Assembly: GCA_964429275.1 (NCBI GenBank)
Contig: CAYSBJ010000001.1
Location: 201,776-265,775 of the forward strand
Reading direction: 5' to 3'
From: an uncultured Pseudomonadota bacterium
Lineage (GTDB): Bacteria; Babelota; Babeliae; Babelales; JAUPTZ01
DNA: 64,000 nt
Under the pieces are notes generated by a model. It saw only the letters and a list, made by a program, of their open reading frames with translations, did no database searches and was not told where the DNA came from. This document shows, piece by piece, positions 44,806-53,921 of the stretch; position 1 is the first letter of the stretch; every line of letters starts with the position of its first letter. The position numbers and the translations under genes are program-made.

Positions 44806-45385
44806 TTAATTTTCGGTGTATTGCTTCAATGCAGCGAGTGCAAGAAAATTTACAATCGATAGCGTGCCAAATCGTTTGCACTGTGCAAACAGCAAATCAC
44901 GCTTTATGAGGAGCGCTGGGGGCACCGGTTGGTCCTCTCTTTCAAGCAGAGCAATCTCGGTATTTAAGGAGTAGATTCGAAGAAGTGCATAGAGACTGAT
45001 GAGTCCTGCACCAGCGCCTATTGGTGTTGTTCCACGAATAGCAAGAGAAGCGAGCTCATTTTTTTTTGGTTTTTGATTGTTGTGCGGTGTAACTATTTTT
45101 TGCGGTGTGTTGTTGACGAGATTTGTCGTGGCGGTGTGTGTGGCATTTACTTCCTGGCCAGCAGCGTGTGTTGGTGCAGACTCGCTCGTATTTGCGGCAA
45201 TTCCATTGTAGGCAGAATTATCTTGATGAGCCTCGGTTGCTATAGTCGCTCTGCTTTTGTTTTTTTCTTTTTTTATGAGCGTTGAGGGCGGGGTGTGAGG
45301 AACGATCAGTGGCTGGCTGTTGTTGGTTAGCTCCCTGGAGAATTCCAGGAATGATGACAAGGAGTGCAAGCCACATTTTCTTCAT
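44806..45385 (-). pseudogene. exported/membrane protein gene with signal peptide and body in different frames (+1 offset)
   Basis: The ATG at 45385 opens MKKMWLALLVIIPGILQGAN..., which stops at 45218. The 187-codon body (44806-45369) is offset by 1 nt and contains no ATG. Two A7 tracts (plus-strand T7 at 45260-66 and 45268-74) lie in the overlap. Confidence 0.4.
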
Positions 45386-45514
45386 AGGGGAAGTCTTTCT
45401 GTTTTTTTGTACTTGGGAAGAATGCTACCACGTTGGGGGGGTGCTGTCGAGGGGCTACAGGTACTTGCAGGGTATGGTATACTCTTAGCTCCCTATTTTA
45501 TTTTTTGAGGTGCT

Positions 45515-46120
45515 ATGTCTTCCATTTTTCGTTTTTTGCAGACCAATGTGGTTACCAAGACGATTTTGTATTGGTATTTGCGGCTTTTATTTGGTACCTA
45601 TCAGCTTGAAGTTATTGATTCCGCCGGTGATGGGCTGCCGATAAACGTTCGCCAGGGCATTTTTTACTTATGGCATGAGCATGCTATAAGCGGCCTTTAT
45701 TTTCTCCATCGTGCTGGTGCATATGGCCATTTGATTAGCGATGCCACGATTGACGGATGCTTGGCTGGTTTTGTTGCCCGTAAGCTTGGGCTTCATGTGA
45801 TGTATAGTACTGGAAAAATTTCCTTTATTAAGCGGGCCATTGAAGTAATCGATATGAATAAGCGGATGTTTGTTGTCGGGGATGGAACTCATGGGCCGGC
45901 GCATCAGCTGCAGCGTGAGATTCCCTATATGTGTGCACGTACCAATGTGCCTCTTGTGTATTTGGAATGTCGAGTATCGGTAGCATTGTCTTTTGCAAAG
46001 CGCTGGGATTTACTCAAGTTGCCACTGCCATTTAGTAAAATAACTATTACTATCCACCCACCGCGCTATTACAGCTTTGACGAAAAGCATGAGGTTATTG
46101 AACTGGTTGGTAAAAAATAA
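45515..46120 (+). CDS. DUF374-like (lysophospholipid acyltransferase-related) protein
   Basis: The pattern 'F.LWHEH......ISDATIDG...ARKLG...GDGTHGP' matches, from memory, the DUF374 pattern (WHg...iS.S.DGe...lG...pDGPrGP). Confidence 0.4.
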   Translation: MSSIFRFLQTNVVTKTILYWYLRLLFGTYQLEVIDSAGDGLPINVRQGIFYLWHEHAISGLYFLHRAGAYGHLISDATIDGCLAGFVARKLGLHVMYSTGKISFIKRAIEVIDMNKRMFVVGDGTHGPAHQLQREIPYMCARTNVPLVYLECRVSVALSFAKRWDLLKLPLPFSKITITIHPPRYYSFDEKHEVIELVGKK

Positions 46121-48096
46121 TGTACGTCGTTGTACGACTCTTAAAAGGATTCAAAGAACCACTCTATTATGAAGTCCCGCCGCATTTGACCAGGCTGATT
46201 ACCAAAGGAAGCATGGTCGACGTGCCATTGCGGACTCAGCAGCTTGCTGGGTTGGTGATCGAGGTTATGAACAATCGACCAGCAGTGCGGTATGAAATTC
46301 GTACTATCACGTCGGTCCATCAGTTTCCACAGGACTCTCATTTCTATTCTTTTATTGAAAAACTTGCCCAGCTTTACTTTGTAGATTCGGCACAGTTATG
46401 TGCTCGTCTGCGGTCGTTTACCTTTTTTGAGGAGCGTGAAGAGGTCGTAGAGAGCGCGGGGGAAGAGGAGCCATACAGCTCATCAGTAGTGCTAACGGTC
46501 GATCAGCGGACGGTTGTAGAATATCTCTGTGATGATTTAAAAGCCAGCATCTATAAACCAACACTTCTTCAGGGGGTGACTGGATCGGGAAAGACCGAAG
46601 TCTATAAAGCGGCAATGGTTGCGGCCATTAATCAGGGCAAAACAGTTTTGTTTTTGGCTCCTGAGGTGGGGCTTGCACGCCAGATGCAGGCAAATTTTAT
46701 GCGCAGTTTTGGTGATTATATCCTTGTTGCCGGATGGCATAGTGCGGTAGCAAAAAGTGAGCGCCAGGCAGTATGGCAAGCGGCGGTACAGGGGACACCA
46801 ATGGTTTTGGTTGGGGTGCATCTGCCGGTCTTGCTACCGCTGAAAAATCTTGGCCTTATTATTGTTGATGAAGAGCATGACGGTGGGTATGAGGAAAAGC
46901 AGCATCCCCGTATTAATAGCAAACATGCGGCCTTGCTGCGCGCCCGCCATTATGGGGTGCCAATTGTGCTTGGCTCTGCGACGCCGAGTGTCAGCACGCT
47001 CTATCACGCAAGTCAGCAGCAGTGGCGCCATTGCTTTTTGACGGAGCGATTTGGCGGCGCCTTTCCGGAAGTGCAGCACGTCATATTAAGTAAAGAAAAA
47101 AAGCGACCGAATTTTTGGGTTTCTAAAGAATTATTAATGGCTTTGGCAGATACCGTTTTTCGTGGCAAGCAGGCCATCATTTATCTTAACCGCCGTGGCT
47201 ACGGCTTTTTTTTGCAGTGTGTGGAGTGTGGGTATATTTTTGAATGTAGTTCCTGTGCCGTCTCGTTGACAGTGCATCATGATGAGCACGCTGGCGGGGT
47301 CGAGCGGATGTTGGAGTGTCATTATTGCAACTTCAGGCGTCCAATGCCGCAAAGCTGTACGTCCTGTGGTAAGAGTACCGACGAAGGTAAATGTAAGGGG
47401 ATTGGTACTCAGCAAATGGTGTCTATTCTCTCAAAGTTGCTGCCGGGGGCACGTATTGGCCGCGCCGATGCGGATATTTCGCGGCGCAAAAAAGCTTGGA
47501 AAGAAACGATCGATGCCTTTGGGGCGGGGGATATTGATATTTTAGTGGGGACCCAGATTGTAACTAAGGGCTTCCATTTTCCGCACGTGATGTTGGTCGG
47601 GGTTATATGGGCTGATAGCGCTGTGCACTTTCCGGTTTATAATGCCCATGAGGTTGCATTACAGCAGCTCATCCAAGTTGCCGGCCGCGCTGGTCGTGCG
47701 ACGGCAGGGGGCAAGGTTATTGTACAAAGTTTTGATAAGCATCCGATTTTTTCTTATATCAGCGAGACCACCTACCCACAATTCTGCGAGCAAGAACTCG
47801 TAGCTCGTAAAGAATGGGGTTACCCGCCGTTTGGGCGATTAGTGACCATTGAGGTGTCACATGAGAATGAAGAGTGTGTGGTGGCCGATGCTCTGGTCGT
47901 CAAAGAGCGTATTCAGGCCCGCGTTGGCATGTTGGTGCAGGTTTTGGGGCCGGCCAGGCCGCTTCGAGCAAAAGTGCTGGGGATCCATTATCGCCAGGTG
48001 TTGTGCAAAGCGGATAACTACCGCGAGGTGTATGCGGTCCTTGCTGGCGAGACATGGGGCGACCTGGCTAGTGGTGTGTTTATCCATCCGGCGTAG
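46120..48096 (+). CDS. priA: primosomal replication-restart helicase PriA
   Basis: Walker A 'GVTGSGKTEVY', 'VDEEHD', and the Cys-rich Zn-binding insertion (CVECG...CSSC...CHYC...CTSCG). Confidence 0.9.
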   Translation: MYVVVRLLKGFKEPLYYEVPPHLTRLITKGSMVDVPLRTQQLAGLVIEVMNNRPAVRYEIRTITSVHQFPQDSHFYSFIEKLAQLYFVDSAQLCARLRSFTFFEEREEVVESAGEEEPYSSSVVLTVDQRTVVEYLCDDLKASIYKPTLLQGVTGSGKTEVYKAAMVAAINQGKTVLFLAPEVGLARQMQANFMRSFGDYILVAGWHSAVAKSERQAVWQAAVQGTPMVLVGVHLPVLLPLKNLGLIIVDEEHDGGYEEKQHPRINSKHAALLRARHYGVPIVLGSATPSVSTLYHASQQQWRHCFLTERFGGAFPEVQHVILSKEKKRPNFWVSKELLMALADTVFRGKQAIIYLNRRGYGFFLQCVECGYIFECSSCAVSLTVHHDEHAGGVERMLECHYCNFRRPMPQSCTSCGKSTDEGKCKGIGTQQMVSILSKLLPGARIGRADADISRRKKAWKETIDAFGAGDIDILVGTQIVTKGFHFPHVMLVGVIWADSAVHFPVYNAHEVALQQLIQVAGRAGRATAGGKVIVQSFDKHPIFSYISETTYPQFCEQELVARKEWGYPPFGRLVTIEVSHENEECVVADALVVKERIQARVGMLVQVLGPARPLRAKVLGIHYRQVLCKADNYREVYAVLAGETWGDLASGVFIHPA

Positions 48097-48108
48097 AAAT
48101 TAAACAAT

Positions 48109-48142
48109 AAAAAAAGCCCTGGAAATTTCCAGGGCTTTTTTT
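48109..48142. terminator. bidirectional rho-independent terminator
   Basis: A7-GCCCTGGAAATTTCCAGGGC-T7, a perfect palindrome between the convergent priA and OmpA-like genes. Confidence 0.75.
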
Positions 48143-48171
48143 ATAAACGCGGTGTACGTCTAGTGGATATC

Positions 48172-49026
48172 TTAGCAGACAAGCAACTCAACACATGAAG
48201 CTGATGCCGGGCTCATGAATTCGCTTAGTGTTTCACCGTAGCCAGTTGCATGAAGTTGATCGCCGTTTAAGCCAGCGTCGATGAATGCTTGACGAAGGGC
48301 TTCAGCACGCTTTTGTGAAAGCTCTAATGCGTTTGGCGCAGATGCTTCGGCATGGCCGGCACATACTACATCGCGACCAGCGGCGAGCGCAGCGCGGGCT
48401 ACTTGGATGTTTCGGTCAAGGATGTCTTTTTGCGAATCGGCGATTGCGGTGCTGTTTTCGGCGAATTGAACAGTTTGGAAGCCGAGCAAATTGCTTTCGC
48501 GCGCAGCGTCTTCAAGCTCTCTTTTAGCAAATGCAATAGCGTCTTGTTCCCAGCCTATCAGGCTTTCGCGTTCAGCAACGCTTAATTTTTCGATATCAAA
48601 ATCAGGATTGAAGAGATCTTCACCCATAGCAGCCATTTGAGCGCGTTTGCTTTCATCTTGTTTTAAGATGGCAGCCAATTCGCGCATAGCTTCTTCTTGA
48701 ACGGCATCGCGCTCTTCTTGAGAAAGGTTTGCCAGAATGTCTTCTTCGTCTTCTTCCATTTCAAGAATTTCGTCTTCGAGCTCGTCTTCAAGTTCATTTT
48801 TAAGTTCGTCTTCTAATTCTTCTTCAGCAGTGGCAACTGTGTTGTCTAAATCATCGCCCTCGTCATCAAGCATGTCTAAAACGGCCAGTAACTCTTCGTC
48901 CGTCATGTCGTTTTCACTGGCAATAATTTGTTCTGCTCTAGGAGCAACCTTTTTTTCTTCTTTTTTTGATCCGCAACCGGTCATAGCCAAGCTTGCAAGC
49001 ATGGCAGCGTATAAAAATCTTTTCAT
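48172..49026 (-). CDS. OmpA-domain (Pal-like) lipoprotein with acidic repeat linker
   Basis: Lipobox LAMTGC and an E/D-rich repeat region. The C-terminal OmpA_C-like segment reads 'FAENSTAI...LSQKRAEALRQAFIDAGL...GYGE'. Confidence 0.7.
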   Translation of the reverse strand: MKRFLYAAMLASLAMTGCGSKKEEKKVAPRAEQIIASENDMTDEELLAVLDMLDDEGDDLDNTVATAEEELEDELKNELEDELEDEILEMEEDEEDILANLSQEERDAVQEEAMRELAAILKQDESKRAQMAAMGEDLFNPDFDIEKLSVAERESLIGWEQDAIAFAKRELEDAARESNLLGFQTVQFAENSTAIADSQKDILDRNIQVARAALAAGRDVVCAGHAEASAPNALELSQKRAEALRQAFIDAGLNGDQLHATGYGETLSEFMSPASASCVELLVC

Positions 49027-49228
49027 AATACTCAACCCTCTGTATACTGAGTGAAAACTTGTGTTCTAGGCGTGCTGTCTAACCATCACACGGCGAAAAC
49101 GTTATCACATTCGCTTTCTTTTTCCTATAGATTAGATGTATTTCTCTGATTTGAACGTAAAATAGCCGTTTTTAGCCTACTAACCGAGTTAAAAAAGTAT
49201 AACCCAAGTCCATTTATTTAAAGGGGAC

Positions 49229-50749
49229 ATGTTGAAGAAAATTCTTATAAGCCGTTCGCCATGGCAAGTGCGAGCGGCCATTATTGATGATGGCAAGCTC
49301 CAAGACGTATATTTCGATGATCAAAGCAACATTGACCTCGAGCGATGTTTTTATAAAGGCAAAGTTTCTAAGGTGATTCCAGGCCTTCAAACGGCGTTCG
49401 TTGATATCGGTCGTGAAAAAGCCGGCTTTTTGCATATTTCAGAAATTGACCGTTCGCTTGCAGCTGATCGGATAGCCAAATCCCAGCAGATTGAGGGGAT
49501 GGACGAAGCATCGTATGACGCCCACACCGTCAAGCGAGTAATGGATATCACGAAAGTCTTTCGCGAAGGGGAAGATACTCTTGTTCAGGTGATTAAGGAG
49601 CCGGTGTATGAAAAAGGAGCAAAGCTTACTACTTGTTTCACTCTACCAGGTAAATTTATTGTTCTGATGCCAAATATCCCGCAAATTGGTGTTTCTAAAA
49701 AAATAGAAAATCGTGATGAACGAATGCGTTTGCGCACTATTTTGACCTCCTGTCTTCCTAAGGGAATGGGGGCTATTGTGCGAACCACTTCTGAGCAGCG
49801 GTCTTCTTCAGACATCCAAAAAGATGTTGCTTTTCTTGTTTCTTTGTGGAATACCATTCAAAAGAAATTTGCTAAGTCTTCTGCGGGTGAGTGCTTGTTT
49901 ACTGATCTTCCATTGAGCCTTCGTGTCGTGCGGGAGCACTTTGGTGAAGACATTCAGCAAATTGTTATTGATGATAAGCATGATTTTCAGACGGTATCCA
50001 ATTACATCCGCAATCTGATGCCAGAAAGTGCCGACAAGCTTCTTTACCATGACACCAAACCTGGTTTGTTTGAAAAATATGAGATTGATCAGCAAATTGA
50101 AGCGGCATTGCTTCGTAAAGTACCGCTTCGCTGTGGTGGAACTTTGTTGATTGATACTGCAGAAGCGATGACCGTTATCGACGTTAACACTGGTCGTTAT
50201 ACTGGTAAAGATAATTTAGAAGAAACCATTCTCAAGACCAATCTTGAGGCTGCTGACGAAGTTGTTCGACAGCTCCGTTTGCGAAACATTGGTGGATTGA
50301 TTGTTATCGACTTTATTGACATGCTTTCGTCGCAGAATCGCCAAAAATTGTCGGCTCATCTTGAGCGGGCACTGAAGAAAAAAGACAAATTTCAATCGGT
50401 TACTTTGAAGGTTTCGGAATTTGGTTTGGTGCAAATGACGCGTAAGCGCTCTGGTAAGACATTGACTCAGCAGTTAATGCGGGCGTGTCCGAATTGTAAG
50501 TCTCTTGGTTATGTTAAGTCCCTTGCGACACTGACCCATGAACTGCTTGCGCGATGCCAGGCAAAGATCATGAAAGAAGCATTAAAAGGACCGTTTCTTT
50601 TTACGTTCTCGCCAGAAATTTTCCATCACTTGGTGCATAATGAATACAATGCAATCTTAACTCTTGAAAAAGAGGTAGGGTTTCGTATTGTGCTTGAGCT
50701 GAATGAGTCTTTTGCAAATGACCAGTATTTGATTGGTCGAACGGAATAA
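49229..50749 (+). CDS. rng: ribonuclease G/E-family endoribonuclease
   Basis: N-terminal S1 domain ('CFYKGKVSKVIPGLQTAFVDIGREKAGFLH') followed by the DNase-I-like catalytic core. At 506 aa it fits RNase G. Confidence 0.85.
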   Translation: MLKKILISRSPWQVRAAIIDDGKLQDVYFDDQSNIDLERCFYKGKVSKVIPGLQTAFVDIGREKAGFLHISEIDRSLAADRIAKSQQIEGMDEASYDAHTVKRVMDITKVFREGEDTLVQVIKEPVYEKGAKLTTCFTLPGKFIVLMPNIPQIGVSKKIENRDERMRLRTILTSCLPKGMGAIVRTTSEQRSSSDIQKDVAFLVSLWNTIQKKFAKSSAGECLFTDLPLSLRVVREHFGEDIQQIVIDDKHDFQTVSNYIRNLMPESADKLLYHDTKPGLFEKYEIDQQIEAALLRKVPLRCGGTLLIDTAEAMTVIDVNTGRYTGKDNLEETILKTNLEAADEVVRQLRLRNIGGLIVIDFIDMLSSQNRQKLSAHLERALKKKDKFQSVTLKVSEFGLVQMTRKRSGKTLTQQLMRACPNCKSLGYVKSLATLTHELLARCQAKIMKEALKGPFLFTFSPEIFHHLVHNEYNAILTLEKEVGFRIVLELNESFANDQYLIGRTE

Positions 50750-50768
50750 TAGGTTGTAGGGGTAGATT

Positions 50769-52232
50769 ATGGTCGAGCAAACACCAAACATATTAGATTT
50801 GTTTCCTGCTTATGAAGCAACCATTGGTATTGAAGTACATGTACAGCTCAAGACCGATTCCAAGATATTTTGCGAGTGTCCAAATGTGTTTGGCGTCACT
50901 CCAAACCGCAATATTTGCCAAATTTGCGCCGGGTATCCTGGTGTATTGCCGATGCTCAACAAAAAAGTTGTTGAATATGCGGTAATGGCTGGTCTTGCAA
51001 CTAACTGCCGCATAACGCCGGTTAGCGAGTTTGCTCGTAAGCACTATTACTATCCCGACTTGCCTAAAAATTACCAAGTTACTCAAGGTGCGATCGCAAT
51101 TTGCCATGACGGCTGGGTGCCAACTGAGCAGCTGGATGGCTCTATCAAAAAGATCGGTATTGGCCGTATTCACATGGAAGAGGATGCTGGTAAAACTATG
51201 CACGGGAATGATGGGCGCAGTTTAGTTGACCTGAATCGTGCAGGTACGCCCCTTCTGGAAGTTGTGAGTAACCCCGATATTGCCAACGCGCATGAAGCCA
51301 AAGTCTACTTGATGAATTTGCGTTTAATCATGCAGTATCTTGGTATTTCTGACGTAAATATGGAAGAAGGCTCGTTTCGAGCAGACATTAACATTTCGGT
51401 TAAGAAGAAGGGGGCCACGAAATTGGGAACCCGCGCTGAGGTTAAGAACGTTAATTCTTTCAAGTTCATTGTGCAGGCAATTAACTACGAAATTGAGCGT
51501 CAAATCGATATTCTTGAATCGGGCGGGGCAGTTCGCCAAGAAACCCGGTTGTGGAACGAAAAAGATCAAAAAACGATGTTTATGCGGTGTAAAACCGATG
51601 CAGATGACTATCGCTACTTTACCGAGCCAGATTTGCCGATGGTAGTAATTGATGAGGCGTTTTTAGCGCGAATCAAAGCGGAAGTTCCAGAGTTGCCGTT
51701 TGCTAAAAAAGAACGGTTCATGGGGGCGTTGGGTCTTTCTGAGTATGATGCTGATGTCCTTGTGCAAGATCGTGCTGTGGCTGCTTATTTTGAAGCAGCG
51801 TGTGCAGTGTATGATAAGCCAAAGCTGATCGCCAATTGGATTTTGCGTGACGTGCTTGGGTATTTGAATGAACAGAAGAAATCCGTAGAACAAAGCCCTA
51901 TTTCGCCTGCAATGGTTGCAGAATTAGTGCGATTGATTGATGCCGATGTTATTAATACCAAAGTTGCCCAAGAAGTATTTGCCGAGATGGCGATTACTGG
52001 AAAAATGCCATCAACTATTGTTAAAGAAAAAGGTTTGGAGCAGGTAAGTGATGCTGCTGCGTTGGAGGCTATTTGCAAGAAGATTGTAGATAGCAATCCG
52101 GATGTTGCCGAAAAATACCGATCTGGTAATCAGCGGATGTTTGGATTTTTTGTCGGCCTTGCTATGAAGGAAACAGGTGGCAAGGGAAATCCAAAGCTGA
52201 TGACAGAGATTTTGCAGAAATTGCTCTCATAG
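50769..52232 (+). CDS. gatB: Asp/Glu-tRNA amidotransferase subunit B
   Basis: 'GIEVHVQL...KIFC', 'YPGVLP', 'YYYPDLPKNYQVTQ', 'HMEEDAGK' and a C-terminal YqeY-like tail. Confidence 0.95.
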   Translation: MVEQTPNILDLFPAYEATIGIEVHVQLKTDSKIFCECPNVFGVTPNRNICQICAGYPGVLPMLNKKVVEYAVMAGLATNCRITPVSEFARKHYYYPDLPKNYQVTQGAIAICHDGWVPTEQLDGSIKKIGIGRIHMEEDAGKTMHGNDGRSLVDLNRAGTPLLEVVSNPDIANAHEAKVYLMNLRLIMQYLGISDVNMEEGSFRADINISVKKKGATKLGTRAEVKNVNSFKFIVQAINYEIERQIDILESGGAVRQETRLWNEKDQKTMFMRCKTDADDYRYFTEPDLPMVVIDEAFLARIKAEVPELPFAKKERFMGALGLSEYDADVLVQDRAVAAYFEAACAVYDKPKLIANWILRDVLGYLNEQKKSVEQSPISPAMVAELVRLIDADVINTKVAQEVFAEMAITGKMPSTIVKEKGLEQVSDAAALEAICKKIVDSNPDVAEKYRSGNQRMFGFFVGLAMKETGGKGNPKLMTEILQKLLS

Positions 52233-52242
52233 GAGTCTTATT

Positions 52243-52974
52243 ATGAAACATGTTTTGGTTTTTGCTTTTTGTGTTGTTACGGTAGGAGCATCACCGGTGA
52301 TTGATAGCATTTCTGGGGCTGCCTCCTTTAAGAACAAAAAATTTGATGAACTAAAGACTGCTGGTAGTATAGATCTTGAAGCGGTTTGCGCGTATTCAAT
52401 CCTTGCTTGTGGGGCGATAAGTTTCAAAAGCCTTATCGTGGAAGACGCGATGACTACCAAGGGCGGTTGTAGTGGTGATGGGCTGGTTTCAAAAAGCCTG
52501 GTATGCCATGGCGGTGCTAAGATTAAAAACGCGAAAGTGCAGAATATTGAAGCACATGGTGGGTTTTCTGGTGACACTATCGAAGTCGCTCAAGATTTTA
52601 CATTGTCTGGTGGTTTAAAAGTAACCAATTTGACCGTAAAAGGGCTTATGACTATACATGGCGAAGCAAAGTTTATTGATAGTACGCTTGGTGATGTTTC
52701 ATGTGCTGGTAAGAAACAGGAGTTTAAAAACACTGTTGTTCATGATATCAGAGTAAAGCCTGGTAATTTTGGTGTTGATACCGGTTTTAGTTTTTTGAAT
52801 TGGATTATAAGCTTTTTTAAGAATTCAAAAGTTGATCTTGTGCATATCTATTTAACTGGTGGAACCAGAGTCGCTGGCGATATTATCTTTGAGTCAGTAT
52901 CGGGCCAAGTCCACCTCTCTCCAAACGCAACGCTTGCTGGTACTGTTAAGGGCGGAACTGTCGTCAACGATTGA
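52243..52974 (+). CDS. exported beta-helix-repeat protein (bactofilin-like)
   Basis: Signal peptide MKHVLVFAFCVVTVGA. Repetitive G-x-(I/V)-x-x-x-x-(I/V/L) turns (GGAKIKNAKVQNIEAHGGFSGDTIEV...), as seen in bactofilin-type beta-helices. Confidence 0.4.
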   Translation: MKHVLVFAFCVVTVGASPVIDSISGAASFKNKKFDELKTAGSIDLEAVCAYSILACGAISFKSLIVEDAMTTKGGCSGDGLVSKSLVCHGGAKIKNAKVQNIEAHGGFSGDTIEVAQDFTLSGGLKVTNLTVKGLMTIHGEAKFIDSTLGDVSCAGKKQEFKNTVVHDIRVKPGNFGVDTGFSFLNWIISFFKNSKVDLVHIYLTGGTRVAGDIIFESVSGQVHLSPNATLAGTVKGGTVVND

Positions 52975-53072
52975 TGGTCGTTCTTTTGGTCTTAAATGAT
53001 CTCTTTCTTTGCTGGGTTGCGGTGTGATATATAGTTGGCATCTGTAGGCCGCGGAGTTTTGGAGAACTTTGT

Positions 53073-53918
53073 ATGATTTCATTTACTTCTTATCTATGTA
53101 TCGCGCTGAGTGCAGCCCCTTATATTCTTTTTTCTGTTAATGATCCAGCCCCTTTTCAGGGCATTGGGATGCGGGGAGTTTCACATTTCCTTAATGCGAT
53201 GGAAGACTCATTTCTTTATCATCCTAAGCATATTCTTCCGGATGATCGTCCAGTGATGGAGGGTGGCTATACTCCGCGATCCTATTTTAAATTGGATAAA
53301 GTCGGTGCCCAAATAAACTGGGACCATTCTATGCCGTGTGTTCATTCTCGGAATCAATGGAGTGCTCATTTTCGACTCGATGTGGTAGCAATGGCTCCTG
53401 AGACTCGTGAGGTGGGTATGGCAATTTATTTGGCTAGTGAGCAAGCAAAAAAAGATGGTACCTACGATATACGCATTGAAGTTTGCCAAAAAGCGCCAGA
53501 GGCATGGGTGACTGTGTATAATTCTGCTGGTGTTCAATTGCAAGGTCCGGTGCCACTTCGATCACGTGATAATACAGAACTTAAAAAGCCGTATCTACCG
53601 TGGGTGGATGGGATAAGGCAGTTTTATTCGGTAGTGTGTGAAAAGCGTGATGAAAAGGTGTATCTGCTGTTGATTCAGCATACCAAAGAAGAAATACATG
53701 AATATGAGCAAACTTCGTTGCTCGTCAGAGAAATGATTGATACGTACTGCGCTCATGAGCGATTGCGCAACCGACCAGGGGCTTATTTAGAAATACCCAT
53801 CCATATGCGATGTTTGCCGGTGCCGTATTTCAATGCTGCGTACAAGCCTTTATTTGAAAATTCGTTGTATGTAAGTTGGGCTGCCATCTCTGGCGAATTG
53901 GAAGTAATGCCGGCGTAG
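53073..53918 (+). CDS. hypothetical exported protein (281 aa)
   Basis: Hydrophobic N-terminus MISFTSYLCIALSAAPYILF. No recognisable motifs. Confidence 0.45.
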   Translation: MISFTSYLCIALSAAPYILFSVNDPAPFQGIGMRGVSHFLNAMEDSFLYHPKHILPDDRPVMEGGYTPRSYFKLDKVGAQINWDHSMPCVHSRNQWSAHFRLDVVAMAPETREVGMAIYLASEQAKKDGTYDIRIEVCQKAPEAWVTVYNSAGVQLQGPVPLRSRDNTELKKPYLPWVDGIRQFYSVVCEKRDEKVYLLLIQHTKEEIHEYEQTSLLVREMIDTYCAHERLRNRPGAYLEIPIHMRCLPVPYFNAAYKPLFENSLYVSWAAISGELEVMPA

Positions 53919-53921
53919 TAG

